This document shows, piece after piece, positions 36,544 through 50,005 of a stretch of DNA of 64,000 bases; the first letter of the stretch is position 1, and every line of letters begins with the position of its first letter. The stretch comes from Nageia nagi (lineage: Eukaryota; Plantae; Pinophyta). The stretch lies in the NCBI GenBank assembly GCA_050084985.1, contig JBITNC010000001.1, positions 170,066,001-170,130,000 on the forward strand. The letters run 5' to 3'. The notes under the pieces are model-generated. The model made no database searches. It worked only from the letters and a program-made list of their open reading frames with translations, and had not been told where the DNA came from. The position numbers and the translations under genes were made by a program.

Positions 36544-37700
36544 ATGAACAAAGCTTGGCTACAAGCACCTAAAAACTCTGATGACTATGTTCATGGGGTT
36601 GACGAATTCATTGATTTTATAATAAATAATTCAATGGACCCTAAAATAATTAGATGTTCATGTTGGAAGTGCCAAAATTTGAGAACTCTTGATTTTGAGA
36701 AGGTTTTTGAACAACTATTTATTAAAAGAATTGGATAGACATATAATAAGTTTTTTTTTGCATGAAGAACAATCATCTACTTCTGACCAATATGCATTAG
36801 ATGCATGCACCACCACTTATGAGCATCCAAATATCGAATGTGTAAAATATGACATCATTGGAATGGTCAATATCGATTATTGAAAGAGTGGGCAAGAACT
36901 ACAAGATGATGCTATGTTCCAATATGCTCTTAATGTATTTTGTAGCTTGGTCTAAGATGCCAACAAATAACCATTATACCCATTCTATAAAAAGTGTACA
37001 AAATTATTGATGATAGCTAAATTATATTATCCTAAAGAAAAATATGGATGGTAGGATAAAAGCTTTGGCAGTTTATTAAAATTATTGAAAGATATGCTCC
37101 CAATCGATAATACAATTGTAGAGTCCCCATATGTGGTGAAGAAATTGATGAAGCCATTAGGATTAGATTATGTAATGATACATGCATGCATTAATGATAA
37201 TATTTTATATTGGAAAGGTCATAAAAATGATGAAGCTTAGCCAAAATATGGTGCATCTCGATGAAAAGTTGATCCTTAATCAAAAAATAAACAAGACATT
37301 AAGGTTCTTAAGAAGCTATTGAGGTATTTTCCCATTATACTAAGGTTGAAGAGAATGTATAGGTAAGCAATTTTATTATACCATTAGCTTTATTGTGTTT
37401 GTTTGTTTCAACATTATTAGTGGTTGAAATGAGTTGCTTTCTTCCTATAGCTCTGCAAATGTTATGATGAATATGAGGTGGCATTCCTAGTTCAAGAGTT
37501 TGTTAATATGCAACATCTAGTTGACTCTCAGATGTGAAAATTGACAAATGATATATGGTTGAATTTTGTTAACAATCCACACAATGCATGGCTAGGAATA
37601 GAAATCAACGGGTTCGACATTTTGTTGACTTTAGTTCTCATTACAGTTGTTGGCTAATTGTATTAATCACATATAACCTTACACCATGGATGTCGATGAT
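36544..37700 (+). pseudogene. CACTA (En/Spm) Tnp2-type transposase pseudogene, truncated
   Basis: MNKAW...YVHGVDEFIDF...RCSCWKCQN (transposase-associated domain); PLYP; LLKDMLP; LGLDYVMIHACINDNILY; LRYFPIILRLKRMY; MRWH; HYSCW.IVL..YNL.PW. GT-AG intron at 37363-37450. Confidence 0.85.
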
Positions 37701-37859
37701 TTTTAGAAAGTTGGTATATTAAAATCCAAATTGTGAAATTAGGCACCTTCTTTGGTTCAATGATGGTCTAATTGTATAAGCATGAAAAAGGCAGTTTGTT
37801 ACTTTTGGACATGTTTATTACAATATTCATATGTGCACAAAGATAAAAAAAAATAAGAT

Positions 37860-39420
37860 TCAAATATGCTATATAATTATGCTCAAATAATAAATAATAC
37901 ATGTATGATCAAGAATTTAAACAATTATTCTTAAGTGATTCAAATATGCTTTACACTTTTAATTATGCTCAAATGATTCAAATATGCTCTACAATACTAC
38001 TACAACATGTCATAATTTATTTGTAAAAATATTTTGACATAGGCTAGATAATGAAGGAGCCCACATCATGTTCTGTTATTTTCATGTCATCATTATGTCT
38101 ATACGACATAACATCAACTTGCAAACTACATATTTTTCTTGTATTTGGCTAATTATTACAAGCATGTTTTTACCAACTTACCACTTTTGGATTAGTTTTT
38201 GATACTTAAAAAATTTATGGGTTGAACAATTGCTTTCCTTCTCAAAGCTAGTTTTCGGATCATATGGTTTAAATAATTTCATATCACATGGTCTATTTAT
38301 ATATTTTAATGGGAGGTATAAATTTGTTGGAGGTTTCAAATGATATATTTATCATTTCATGAGGTTTGATACCATATGTTAGTGTTTTTTTAGATAATTT
38401 CATATCATATGGTTTACTTGGATCAATATGGTGTACTTATATAATGTCATATAATGTGTTGGTACATTTAGATCATTTTGTATCATATGGTGCACTTGGA
38501 TCATTTCATATCCATGGATTGGGACACTATAGAGGTGTGGTTAAGCATTCCTTCGGGTTCTACCAATATTGGACTAGGATAAGTAAGGTAAGAGATTGAA
38601 TGGTGATTAGTTAGTTCCTCTAGACCATCCTTTGGTAGCCTATGGCCAACACTATGATTGAGCTTAGGTGCCTCAGTAATTGAGGATGGTGTATGGCCAA
38701 CACTATGATTAAGATTAGGTGCCTAAGTAATTGAGGATGGTGTAGTCAAGAATCATTCTTCCATCATATTTTATGTATAAAACATGATATAAATGTGCTT
38801 CCAACCTACCCTATTTTTTAAAATTAATTATTAATTGGTAATATTAAATCACCCCTTTAAATACTATTTTTATACTTCTTAAGGTGGTAGTTCTAAACCA
38901 TCCCAATATAGTTTAAGGGGCTAGGTTATAACTACACCAATAGAATCTTAAATGATGATTTATGGTATCATAAGTAAATGCATATTAATCATTTCCATAG
39001 ACAATATAATTTTAGCAATGCGAGCATAGATGGAGGGCAAATAACCACTAATAAAGGGCTTTGGAGAAGGTTTAAACTATCTTTAAAGATCCTTTGTATT
39101 CTAATGTATATATTCTTCCTCCTCTTTCATCTAAGAATATTCTTGTTCTTTAGCTTGCAAAGTCTAACAATTTCTTTATAGTGGTGCCCTAGGTTCCTTC
39201 TTCTAGTTTTAACTATCCTCTAAAATTTATATTATTTCTTTCTATCCAAAGATGCTACCAAATGAAACCTAGTACTAAATTCCAAGTTATTTCTAATATC
39301 CTAGATTTGAACCTATTATTCTTCCAATAGTACTAAAAGGTATTTTGATTGAGAGAGGGCTTGCTTGTCTGATTGAAGATAATGTACCACCCATCCTAGT
39401 TTATTTTAGGATATGGGCAC
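37860..39420. repeat. Second block of the repeat modules found at 25690-27720, partly inverted
   Basis: ATTCAAATATGCT repeats as at 26900. The segment 38590-39100 is an inverted homologue of ~26030-26480. Internal ~52-bp duplication at 38641-38745. Confidence 0.7.
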
Positions 39421-39429
39421 TACAAGAGG

Positions 39430-41014
39430 ATGTGGCTCATTGATTCCTCTTCTAGATGACATATTGATACATTCCATGAGAAATTCTTCATGAAATGCCT
39501 CCTCCATGAGATATTTTTTACAATATGCCTTCTCCATTAGGCATTCTTCATAAGCTTACTCCATGAATCATTCTTCATCCACCTCATCTTGGTGGTCTTC
39601 ATCCACTTTGTAGTGGTCTTCAAGCAAGCAATCATTCCCATATAATGATTCTTCATGCATTATCTCTTAAATGAGAAATTTATCCTCCTTTTAATCAATG
39701 CAAATATCTTCAAAACATGCCATTCCCATAAGAGGTTCAACATTACTCTCTTCCATGAGAGTCTCACAACCTTTTACATAAGGTTCTTCTTCATCCTTCT
39801 CATCAAGAAGGGTTTCTTCATCATATTCCTCTTCAAGGAAGAACTCATCATCATTTTCTTCTCTCTTCTCTTCAAGAAGAAAATATTCAACATTTAAATG
39901 AGGAAACAAATTCAATATATCAAATAAAGAAACTTCAATTTCAATTCTTTCACCAAACTCTCTAAGGACCTCCATCACCACTGAAGCATGTTTTTGCAAA
40001 AGCAAATAAAGATTACTTTTGCACTCCTCAAACTTTATTAGTTTTAAAAAATATTACTCTCTATGGAATATACATCTCTACACTCCTTTTTATTTTATGG
40101 CTAGATTTATCCATAATTTTGCAAGGTTTTCACACATGGGCTTCTCTTCCTCACCCAATGTAGTGAACATGTCCACGTAAAAGTTTCTAGAAACTAGAAT
40201 AATCCATTGTATGTCTATTGTGGAGTTTGACAAATGCCTACAAAAATATGATAATTACAGGTAACAAAATGGTAGTATTGATACTGTATCACCAAACACA
40301 ATGGAAACCAATGATTATCCAACCAAATCTCCTCATAATTTTATTTGTTATAATATACTACAATCCACTCTCCCTAATTTTAGGTTCACATATTGTAATG
40401 GTAGGTGAAGGTGCATATAACACTTTTTTGAAGCATCTCTCATCAAACTCTCCTTGTGGCACTCTCAATGTATCAAAAAAATCTTTAAATATTCCACAGG
40501 TTTTAATCAATGTGTAGGACCCATTATCCTTACACAAGGGGCATCCTCTTTCAAAAAATACATGCCCTTTTTCTAAATGCATAGGTCCACAATATTCACG
40601 CCTGGCTACACTCCTCTCAAAAGACACAATCCTAGCTTATTTCTATAACAAATCTCAGCTCATAGGATTTCATCCCATAAAGTTGATCGTCTTTGCTCTG
40701 ATAAACTTAGCTCCGATACCAAATGAGAAATAATTAGTAGATTGTTCTTATTATTCCATGAATGTGTAGATACACATATAGTTTTGGAATAGATCTAAAA
40801 GACAACATGAGTTGTTGAGAATGATATTCTCAAGACTAATAAACTAACAAATACAACTTGGATCCAACTAAGACACACTATACTTAGCACTTTTGATCAC
40901 TACAAGATAAATAGTTTGTAACAACAAATCATGTGGAATAATTATAAATACTAAACTTAGGAAATACTAGGACTAGGACTAAGGGAATATATTAGGAAGC
41001 TCAATACTCCAACA
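39430..41014 (-). mobile_element. Truncated LTR element: 5' LTR (40724-41014), Met PBS and atypical ORF remnants
   Basis: TGTTGGAG...TTCTCA on the minus strand, followed by TGGTATCGGAGC (40710-40721). Downstream are Cys-containing and Glu-rich ORF fragments. No matching second LTR found. Confidence 0.65.
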
Positions 41015-41299
41015 TATATTAGATTAATTGATAATACTTTAATATAGGACCATTGATAAAAGTTGCACCACATGGAATTCATACATATACAAGTCTAAAA
41101 TGCATTGGTGGATGCCCTCCCAAGCTAAATATATATTGTGTCAATGTATTAAAAGTAGTGTCATAGTTCGTTTTGTAATAATTGTATGGTTTTATATGCA
41201 TCAACTTGATCTCATTGACTATCACACTTTTTAGGATTTATAAATGTTGCATATGTATATAGATGTGGGAAAATAGTTATAATTTAAACTTATGATTTA

Positions 41300-43904
41300 G
41301 CTATTTAAAATATTTTATTTAAGCATTTTATTTGATTCCACTTTGGATAAATCAAGGTTACTTTAAATGAAGTTTTCTAATCGACATTATTTTTCATGCA
41401 CATTATTTTAAATGGGTTCATCTTGGTAAACTCAAAATCAAAAGTAAATCCTCTGTAAACCAATTTTAGGTACTCATTTCATATATAGAAATATTATAAG
41501 CAATCATTATCATCATTATTACGATAAATATTATCAAAATAAAGAAGTGGTTGAAAGAGCAAAGCATAGGTCAAATCAGGCATCTAAGTCAAAATGGCCA
41601 ATGTTTCAACACCTAGGCCTAGAACGCCATCCCCTAGAACCATATGGCCAAAACAAGAACACCATGATCCCATGTCTAGATAACCTTAGCAATTGAACTA
41701 GGTTATTATGAAATGATCACATATTAATTCTAATGCAATTATGAGTAAGATCATTTTCAAAATTATTATTTTTAGGACCATCATCTCATAATCATATTCA
41801 ATATTATCATTTTTGGAATTATCCAAAGCTTGTTGTAGCTAGAGTTCACCCTCCAAAATAACAAATGGTACACTAGCAAGTTTTCAATCCTCTATCATCT
41901 AGATAGGTTTTGTATTTCCTTTTTTGTCATTTTGAAAAATCTTAATTGGTAAATCTCTATACTATATTTTATAATTAATTTATTTTTTATTTTGTACATA
42001 TAATAAATATGTATATTTTAATACATTGTTATTATTTTTATGTCTACACACTAATGACTTGACTCTTTGTATTCTTTTCCACCAACAACTTTAGGTTTTT
42101 AGTAAACCAAATACTAAAAATAATTTAGGCCAAAACTCTAGAATTTATGAATATTTTTCTTCAATCTGATGAACCTTACCCTCTAAAACCTTTGTCCAAA
42201 CCTTAGGCTTTTGGTAAGCTCAATACTTTGAAAAATTATCCTTATAAAAAACACATATAAAAAAAAACCCTACCTAATCCAAAGCCTTTTCAAAACCTTA
42301 GATTTAACCTTAGGCCATCATGGCTTCATATCACAATAATTTGAATCTAATCCATTTAAATATTAGTGGTATGGAAGACAGATACCAATTTTTCTTGTAA
42401 CACAATGAAAATTCTTAAAATACATAGAGTAATTAAAATAATCAAAATAGTCAAAATGATCAAGGCCCAACTCTACCCACTTCTAGGATAAAAGCAAATT
42501 TAGAAATAACAAAATTGATGAAACTCTTTGAGCAAACTGGGTCTAAGATAAAATCTATGAAATCTTGGGATAATCCACACCACTCTTACAAAACTCTTTG
42601 CCAAAGTCCTTTTTCTTTAGACATTCAAAACTTTCTTCTCCCTAAAAATTACAAATCTCCAAGATTTGAAATATTTAGTGGAGAATAAGATCTAAAGTAA
42701 CATTTAATATTATTTCAATAATAATGCAATGTGAAATTTAGAAATGATGAAAAATTAATGGCTTGATTATTCCCTAGGAGTCTCAAAGGTGAGGCATTTC
42801 ATTAGTTTTACAAACTTGCTCCTAGATTTATCCCCAATTTTGAAGATATAGTTGATGCATTTATTAATCAGTACAAATATAACATCAAAAAATTAGCTAT
42901 ATTAGCTAATCTCTATGCTATTCAACAAAGATCTATTGAGAAACCTGAGAAATATATTTCTAGATTAAACAAACTATGAAAAAATATCTACACTCTAATA
43001 GAATAATTATATGTCAATGGGAATTCTTTAATTAAGACTATAAGACCATATGTATGCGATGATATCAATTCAGTTGTTGATGGAGTTTGACTAAAATGAT
43101 GCTCACCATAAAAGTTCTTACTTGAGGTGGGAATAATCAAATATGGAAACTTAATGGTGGTGATAATGCTAAAAATCTCCATCATATAAAGAACAATGAT
43201 AATAACACAACGAATGCTTGAAGGTAATTATCAACCAATTCAATTAACAAAGTTTTAAACTCAAAGAATGGATAAATTTACTTTCCCTGTAACATTGTAA
43301 ATTGTCCTTAATTATCTTTGCAAAAATAGTTGATTACAATACCTCAAAATGGATAAAGATGAAAACAATACAACAAAATCATATTGTGATTATCATCAAA
43401 CTAAAGGTCATACCACAAATGAATGTTGTAAACTTAGAAATAAAATTTAACAATTGATGAAAAAGGAATTTATGTTTTCCCAACTACAATAATAAATAAT
43501 CAAGCTAAAAACTAAAGTAATACTATCAATAATACCAAATAATTCATATATAATACAATTTAGATTAGGGTTATGCGTAATGAATTTTTTCAGCACAAAA
43601 TAAAAAAAATTATGGTAAAACAATTTCAAAATCGAAGCAATTATATCCCCAAATTTAGTAGAAGATAGGGTGATAGTTCAAAATTTTAGAGAACCGTGTT
43701 ATAAAAAATGGCTATCTAATATCATTTCTTAAATATGTTGATTCTCTTAATGTATATTAGGATGCTTGTTTCGATGCGACTGAATGCTTGTTTTGAAGTT
43801 ACATGAAACTCAGTTTATGGTTATAGAGTGCCTTTTATTGTATTGTAAAGCTTATTCATCAATGCATTTTTTTTATTTTATTTGGATCCACCTTGATGGG
43901 GGGG
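41300..43904 (+). mobile_element. Degraded Ty3/gypsy (Tat/Athila-like) element: LTR remnant, gag remnant and PPT
   Basis: LLPKNYKSPRFEIFSG..D...HL..F; LFPRSLKGEAF..FYKL; YCDYHQTKGHTTNEC. G-tract followed by TGTA at 43897-43908. The segment 41300-42050 is homologous to 53310-54070. Confidence 0.7.
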
Positions 43905-43984
43905 TGTAGAGAGGCTTGCCTAAGATGTAACAAAAGTGTTAGTTTTCATTAACTTAAATTCATAATTCTTAACACCTTTGTGGT

Positions 43985-44290
43985 GGTAGGATGCTCATCA
44001 TGTCTTTATAGGATGCTCATCATGTCCTTACAAAATGCTTATCATGTCCTTATAAGATGTTCATTTTTTCCTTACAAGATGCTTGGCTTTTTTGTACAAT
44101 ATATTCATCCTATCTATACAAGATGCTTGCATGTCATTACAAGATGCTTGTCATGTCCTTACATGATGCTCATTATGTTCATACAGGACGCTTGTCATGT
44201 TCTTATAGGATGCACATCCTATCCTTACAAGATACCCATCCTCTCCTTATAGAATGCACTTTTTTCTTTATGTAAGACTCATCTTATAGC
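43985..44290. repeat. ~22-bp degenerate tandem repeat in an LTR-like region
   Basis: CTTA(C/T)A(A/G)GATGCTCATCATGTC-like unit repeated more than 10 times. Confidence 0.8.
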
Positions 44291-44356
44291 TCTTCCTATG
44301 TATCAAGGAGGTCTTTATATAGAGATTACAAATTGCACTAGAATACAAAGCTTTAT

Positions 44357-47300
44357 TGGATCAGATTGGGTTCAAGAAGTTGTCCAAGAAGAGAAGAGAA
44401 GACATGACAAGCAACTCAAATACAATCCCCATTCTAGAATTTGATGGGAGTGACTATGAGTATTGGAGCGTCTAGATGAAGATTGGAAAATTGTAGATGC
44501 TAGCTATAATGATCTGACTGATTGGAGTCCCTTGAGTGTAGATGCAAAGGAGAAAGAGAAGAAAATTTTCATGGCTCTCTCCTTCATCCAAGAAGCTCTA
44601 AACAAGAGCATTTTTTCTAGAATTTCAACTTGTGTCTCAACCCAAGAAGCATGGGCAACATTGAGAGAATGCTAATAAAGGAGCCTTAAGGTGAAAAAGG
44701 TGAAACTCTAAACATTGAGAAGGGATTTTGATAATTTGAAGTAGGAAGAGGAGACTACTGGAGATTACCATGTAAGAGTGAAAGCCATAGTCAATAAAAT
44801 GACCACTCTTGGAGAGAAGATAGAAAAGGAGATAGTCATCAAGAAGGTTTTAAGAACCTTAACTAATAGATATGATCATGTTGCACTCATTATCGAAGAA
44901 ACAAATGACCTCTCAACCATGGAAATTGACAACTTAATTGGATTTGTTACATCACATGAATAAAGAGTTCTAAAGAGAACTAAAATAGTAGCAAGTAATA
45001 GTGATAAGCAAGCATTCTCCATTAAAGAGAATGAAGGATAAGGAAGAAGACAAGGTAGAGGTTCAAGAGGAAGAGGCAGATCTGGAAGAGGAGGAAGAAG
45101 AGGCTCTTTTGGAAGAAAAAGAGAAAGAGAATAGAGTACACAAAATGAACCAAAATATGCATCAAGGGGGAGACACTCTATAGGAGGTAAAGGTAAATAT
45201 AAGAGGAATTTGCAATATTTGTATTGCAATAAATTTGCCCATCTTGAGTATGAATGCAGGATGAAACAAGCACATGAAGGTAAATCAACCCACTATGGAG
45301 AAGAAGAGCATAGATATGGTAAAGAACATTGTTTCTTTCACTTACATCCCCCCAAAAGCTTGAAGATGAAACTTAGCTCTTGGATAGTGGGTGCTCAAAC
45401 CACATGATCGGTGAGAAGTCCCTTCTCTCCTCAATTGATTAGTCTTACAAGTCAAGTGTGAGATTGGGAGATGAGAAGAGCTTGGAGATTGTTTGCAAAG
45501 GAGAGATGCAAGTTCCAACAAAGAAGGGAACTATGAAGGTAAAAGGCATTTATTATACTCTAGATTTGAGACAAAGTTTGTTGAGCATTGTCCAAATGCT
45601 AGAAAAGAACTACAAATTGGTGTTTGAGGATAAGATGTGCAAATTCTATGATGAAGACCATGGTGGAAGGCTTGTTACTACTATTCACATGATTGTAAAT
45701 AAACTCTTTCTAGTAAAGTTTCTTGAGAAGGATGGAGGCTTTGTATTTGTGGAAATTGAAGATTAAAAAGAACTTTGGCATATGAGGCTTGGGAACTTGA
45801 ATTTTTAGAGTTTGAAAACTATTCCATCAATGAAAATTGTAAAGATGTGTGTGAAGGATGTGCACTTGAAAAGTAAGCAAGGAGAAAATTTCTAAAGAAA
45901 GAAGCATGGAGAGCCAAACACCCTCTCCAATTGGTCCATATTGACATTTGTGGACCTATGCAAACTCAAAGTTTTGGTCAATCTTCTTACTTTATCACTT
46001 TTATTGATGATTTCACTAGAATGTGTTGGGCTTATTTCATCAAGAGCAAAGATGAAGCATTTGACTATTTTAAGGAGTTTAAAACTTTTGTTGAGAAGCA
46101 AAGTGGGTATAGTGTAAAGTGTTTGAGAAGTGATAGAGGAGGAGAATACTGTAGCAATGAATTTTTACAATTTTGTAAAGAGAATGGAATTAGGAGACAC
46201 CTTACCTCTCCTTACACGTCACAAAAAAATGGTGTAGCGAAAAAGGAAAAATAGGACATTGGTTGAGATGGCTAGAAGCATGATGCAAAGCAAGAAATTG
46301 TCCAATATTTATGGGGTTGAAGCAGTAAGAATAACTTTGTACATTTTGAATAGATCTCCTACAATAAGCTTGAATAAAATTAACCCCTATGAAGCTTGGT
46401 TTGAAAGAAAACCAAATTTGGAACACTTGAGAGTATTTGGTTATATTGAATATGTGCATGTAAATGATGAAAATAGGAGGAAGTTGGATGCGAAATCTTA
46501 AGCTTGTGTGTTTATAGGATATTGTGAGCATTCAAAGGCTTATAAATTCTATAATCCCAAGACTCATAAGACAATTGTATCTAGAGATGCCATTTTTATG
46601 AAGGGGGAGAATATAGTAATCAAAAATTGTAGTAGAAAGTGTTTGAAGATGAGAGTTTGAAGGAGAAAATATTAGCAAAAGAGTAGCCCAACCAAGTTGT
46701 GAATCAAAAAATAAAGGACAACTATCAAGTGTGAGTGTTACAAGCTCACCAAGACCCTCTAGCTCCATGACAACACCAACAAGTGTGAGTAAACCAAGCT
46801 CACCCAATGCAAGGATGATGAATCAAGGTGACAAAGGCAAGATATGGTCAAAGGATCACCCACAAAGTCAAATCATAGATGGTAACACTATGAGGAGAAT
46901 TACAAGGAGCCAAAACCAAGAAATACAAAATATAGGTGCAAGACTAGAGAACATTCAATTTTATGGAGACGAAGATAGTGGAGAGCCCAAAGGTAAAATG
47001 GTAAACTATGCACTTTATTCCTCTATTTCAAGTTTTGTTTTAAATGTTACTAATATTGAGCCATCATGTTATGAAGTTTGTCCTAATGGTATTTGGATGC
47101 AAGCTATGAAAGAGGAGATTGATGTTATTGAGAGGAATGATACTTGGAAACTTTGTGACTTGCCCAAAGGTAAAAAGGTTGTTGGTTCCAAGGGGTTTAT
47201 AAAACAAATGCAAGAGTTATGGGGCATTGGAAGGTACAAAGAAAGGCTAGTGGAAAAAGGATTCACAGAACAATATAGTGTGGATTTTGAGGACACATTT

Positions 47301-48600
47301 GTATTGGTTACAAGACAAGAAATAATAAGATTAGTGCTCTCTTTGCTTGCAAGGAAAAGTTGGACATTCCAACATATGGATGTAAAGAGTACCTTTTTCA
47401 ATGGGTACATCTATGAAGAGGTGTATGTAGCATAACCTCAAGGTTTTAAGGTTCAAGGAAGAGAAGACCTTGTGTACAAACTCAAGAAAGCATTGTATGG
47501 GCTGAAGCAAGCTCCAAGAGCTTGGTATACAAAAATTGGTGGATACTTCAAAAATGTGGGCTTTCAAAGAAGTGTAAGTGAGCCTACCTTGTATTTTAAG
47601 AAAATTGGATTTGATATTTTGATTGTTTGTTTGTATGTAGATGATTTGATCTTCATGGGCTACAATAGCAAGATGAATGAAGATTTCAAAACTTAAATGA
47701 TGGCTGAGTTTGAAATGAAAGAACTTGGTTTAATGAGCTACTATCTTGGATTGGAGGTGCATCAAACAAAAGAAGAGATCTTTGTGTCACAATCCAAATA
47801 TGCACATGATATGTTGAAGAACGGAGAATTGAACACCTACAACCCATGGAGAACATCTTTGCAAAGAAGATGGAGAACCAAAAGTGAACAAGAAAGAGTA
47901 TAGAAGCATCATTGTAAGCCTCATGTTTTTAACAAACACAAGGCCAAATTTGCAATTCACTATTTCATTGGTTGCAAGATACATGAGTGATCGATCAATT
48001 GTCCATCTCAAGGCAGTGAAGAGAATCCTTAGATATGTGAAGGGAACAATCAATTTTGGAATACATTATACATGTAATTTCAAGTTCAAACTCATAGGTT
48101 TCAATGAATGTGATTGGAGGAATGATTTGGATGATAGAAAGAGCATAAGTGGGAATTGCTTCTCTCTTGGATTAGGTCTAGTATCATGGAGCTCTAGAAA
48201 ACAATCCATTATAGCTCTTTCAAGTACTAAGGTTGAGTATGTAGCTGTAAAAAGTGTTGCAACACAAGCTTTATGGTTGAGGAAGGTGTTGAAGGACATT
48301 GGAGAGGACCAAAAATATGAAACTCCCAATTTTTATGACAACCAAGGTGCCATCAAGCTAGCACAAAACCTTTTCCATCATTCCAGAATAAAATATTTTG
48401 ATTTGAAGACTCATTTCATCCAGGATTTGGTGGAGAAGGGGATAGTAAAATTGAGGTATTGTCAAACACAAGATCAAGTGGCTGATATATTCACTAAATC
48501 CATGGCAAAATCTCAATTTGTGCTTCCAAGAGACTTAATTGTTGGTCCTCTTATCAGCAAGTGGGAGTATGAAGGCTTTGAAGATGTTAAAGTACCTTGA
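44357..48600 (+). mobile_element. Degenerate Ty1/copia internal region (gag-pol pseudogene)
   Basis: Degenerate PBS at 44357; gag FDGSDYEYW; YCNKFAHLEYEC; LDSGCSNHM; LVHIDICGPM; LRSDRGGEY; HMDVKSTF; LYVDDL; RNase H DQVADIFTK; PPT at 48559-48567. No matching LTR pair. Confidence 0.9.
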
Positions 48601-49087
48601 AACTGTCAAATTCCTCAAAATTCAAGCTTACTATTTTACCTTTCTATGCTTTATCTGAAAACCGGTGTCCTACAGACTAGTTAGTTCTATGTGTGATAGG
48701 ACAACTGATTAGTTCTTTTACCAATCAGCCCACCAAATGGTTCTGATTACTTTGTTTTATTAAAAGCTGTTGTCTCTTCATTTCTTTCCCTCATTTTTGC
48801 TTTTAGGAGAATATGAAATGAATAGTCCAGGTCACCCACAACATGTAGAATGTATTTAGATCCTATTTCAAGGTTTTGGTATTGTTGGGGTGTGTTATTA
48901 ATAATCTAATGCAAGTTTATGGTGTTGTGTAAAACTATGAGCATCCATTGATGAATGCATTCTACCTTTGCGTTGCAGAACTATTTTCAGCTGTGAATTA
49001 CTTGTGTGTTTCAATTTATTGTTTGTATTAAATAACTTCATATTGTACTTGACATGGTTCTAGTTCACTATTGTAGCTGGTGTGTGT

Positions 49088-49113
49088 ACACATACACACA
49101 CACACACACACAC
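49088..49113. repeat. (CA)n microsatellite
   Basis: Read directly from the sequence. Confidence 0.9.
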
Positions 49114-50005
49114 TTCGGTACAATAGGTGATTCACTTAGGCAAAATAAAATTATTTATAATATTTAGGCGATAAGGTGTAAAAATATCGAGGGTATAAAT
49201 GGCTATTTTATATAAAACAATACTTTGAATTTATAAAAATTTGGGTATTTGACCAAGAAAAAAAAACCTAAAAATTTTAGGCTACCTAGGCCTGGGTCGA
49301 TGAGCAAAAAAAATCCAATTCAAAAATTAAAAATCCCAAATATTCATTATTTTGTGATAAATCATCAATGTGCATAACCCCAATTTAGATGGTTTATATG
49401 GAGTAATATTTTTATCAAATTTTGATATTTATTTCAACTATACTTTTTATGTTTTCTACACTTTCATGCTAGATTAAATTGCATTTCTAAAATTTTCTAT
49501 CTTTCTACATCTTAAAAAATTATTTGCCATAAAACACCATGCTCTAGGAGATGCAATCACATAATGCTACTACTTTAAGATATGTCTTCCAAGAATACCC
49601 ATACGTACCAAGAATCCTAAAATGCCAATGTTTTAAACCTAAGTATTTTTTCTATCATATCTTTCTAAAAACCTACAAGAACATAAATTGTATGTTTGAA
49701 ACATATCCATTTTAAGCAATATCAATGTTTGAATTATCATGGTTTGAAATATATTCTAAAATTATCATTTCTATAATTATCATATTTTATCTTTTGAAAT
49801 CATTGTTGAAAAATATAAACATTGCATCTATCATTTTCAAAATTGGATTCCTACATTATTCATGTATGAAACTACATTTCTACATTATCATTTTTAGAAT
49901 TGTCATTAAGATATATTTTCTAAAATTATTTGTCTGCAATTATAGTTTTTGTAATGGTAAATGGTTAAGGGGTTTTTTATATAAGGACCCAAAACTTGTC
50001 CTTAC

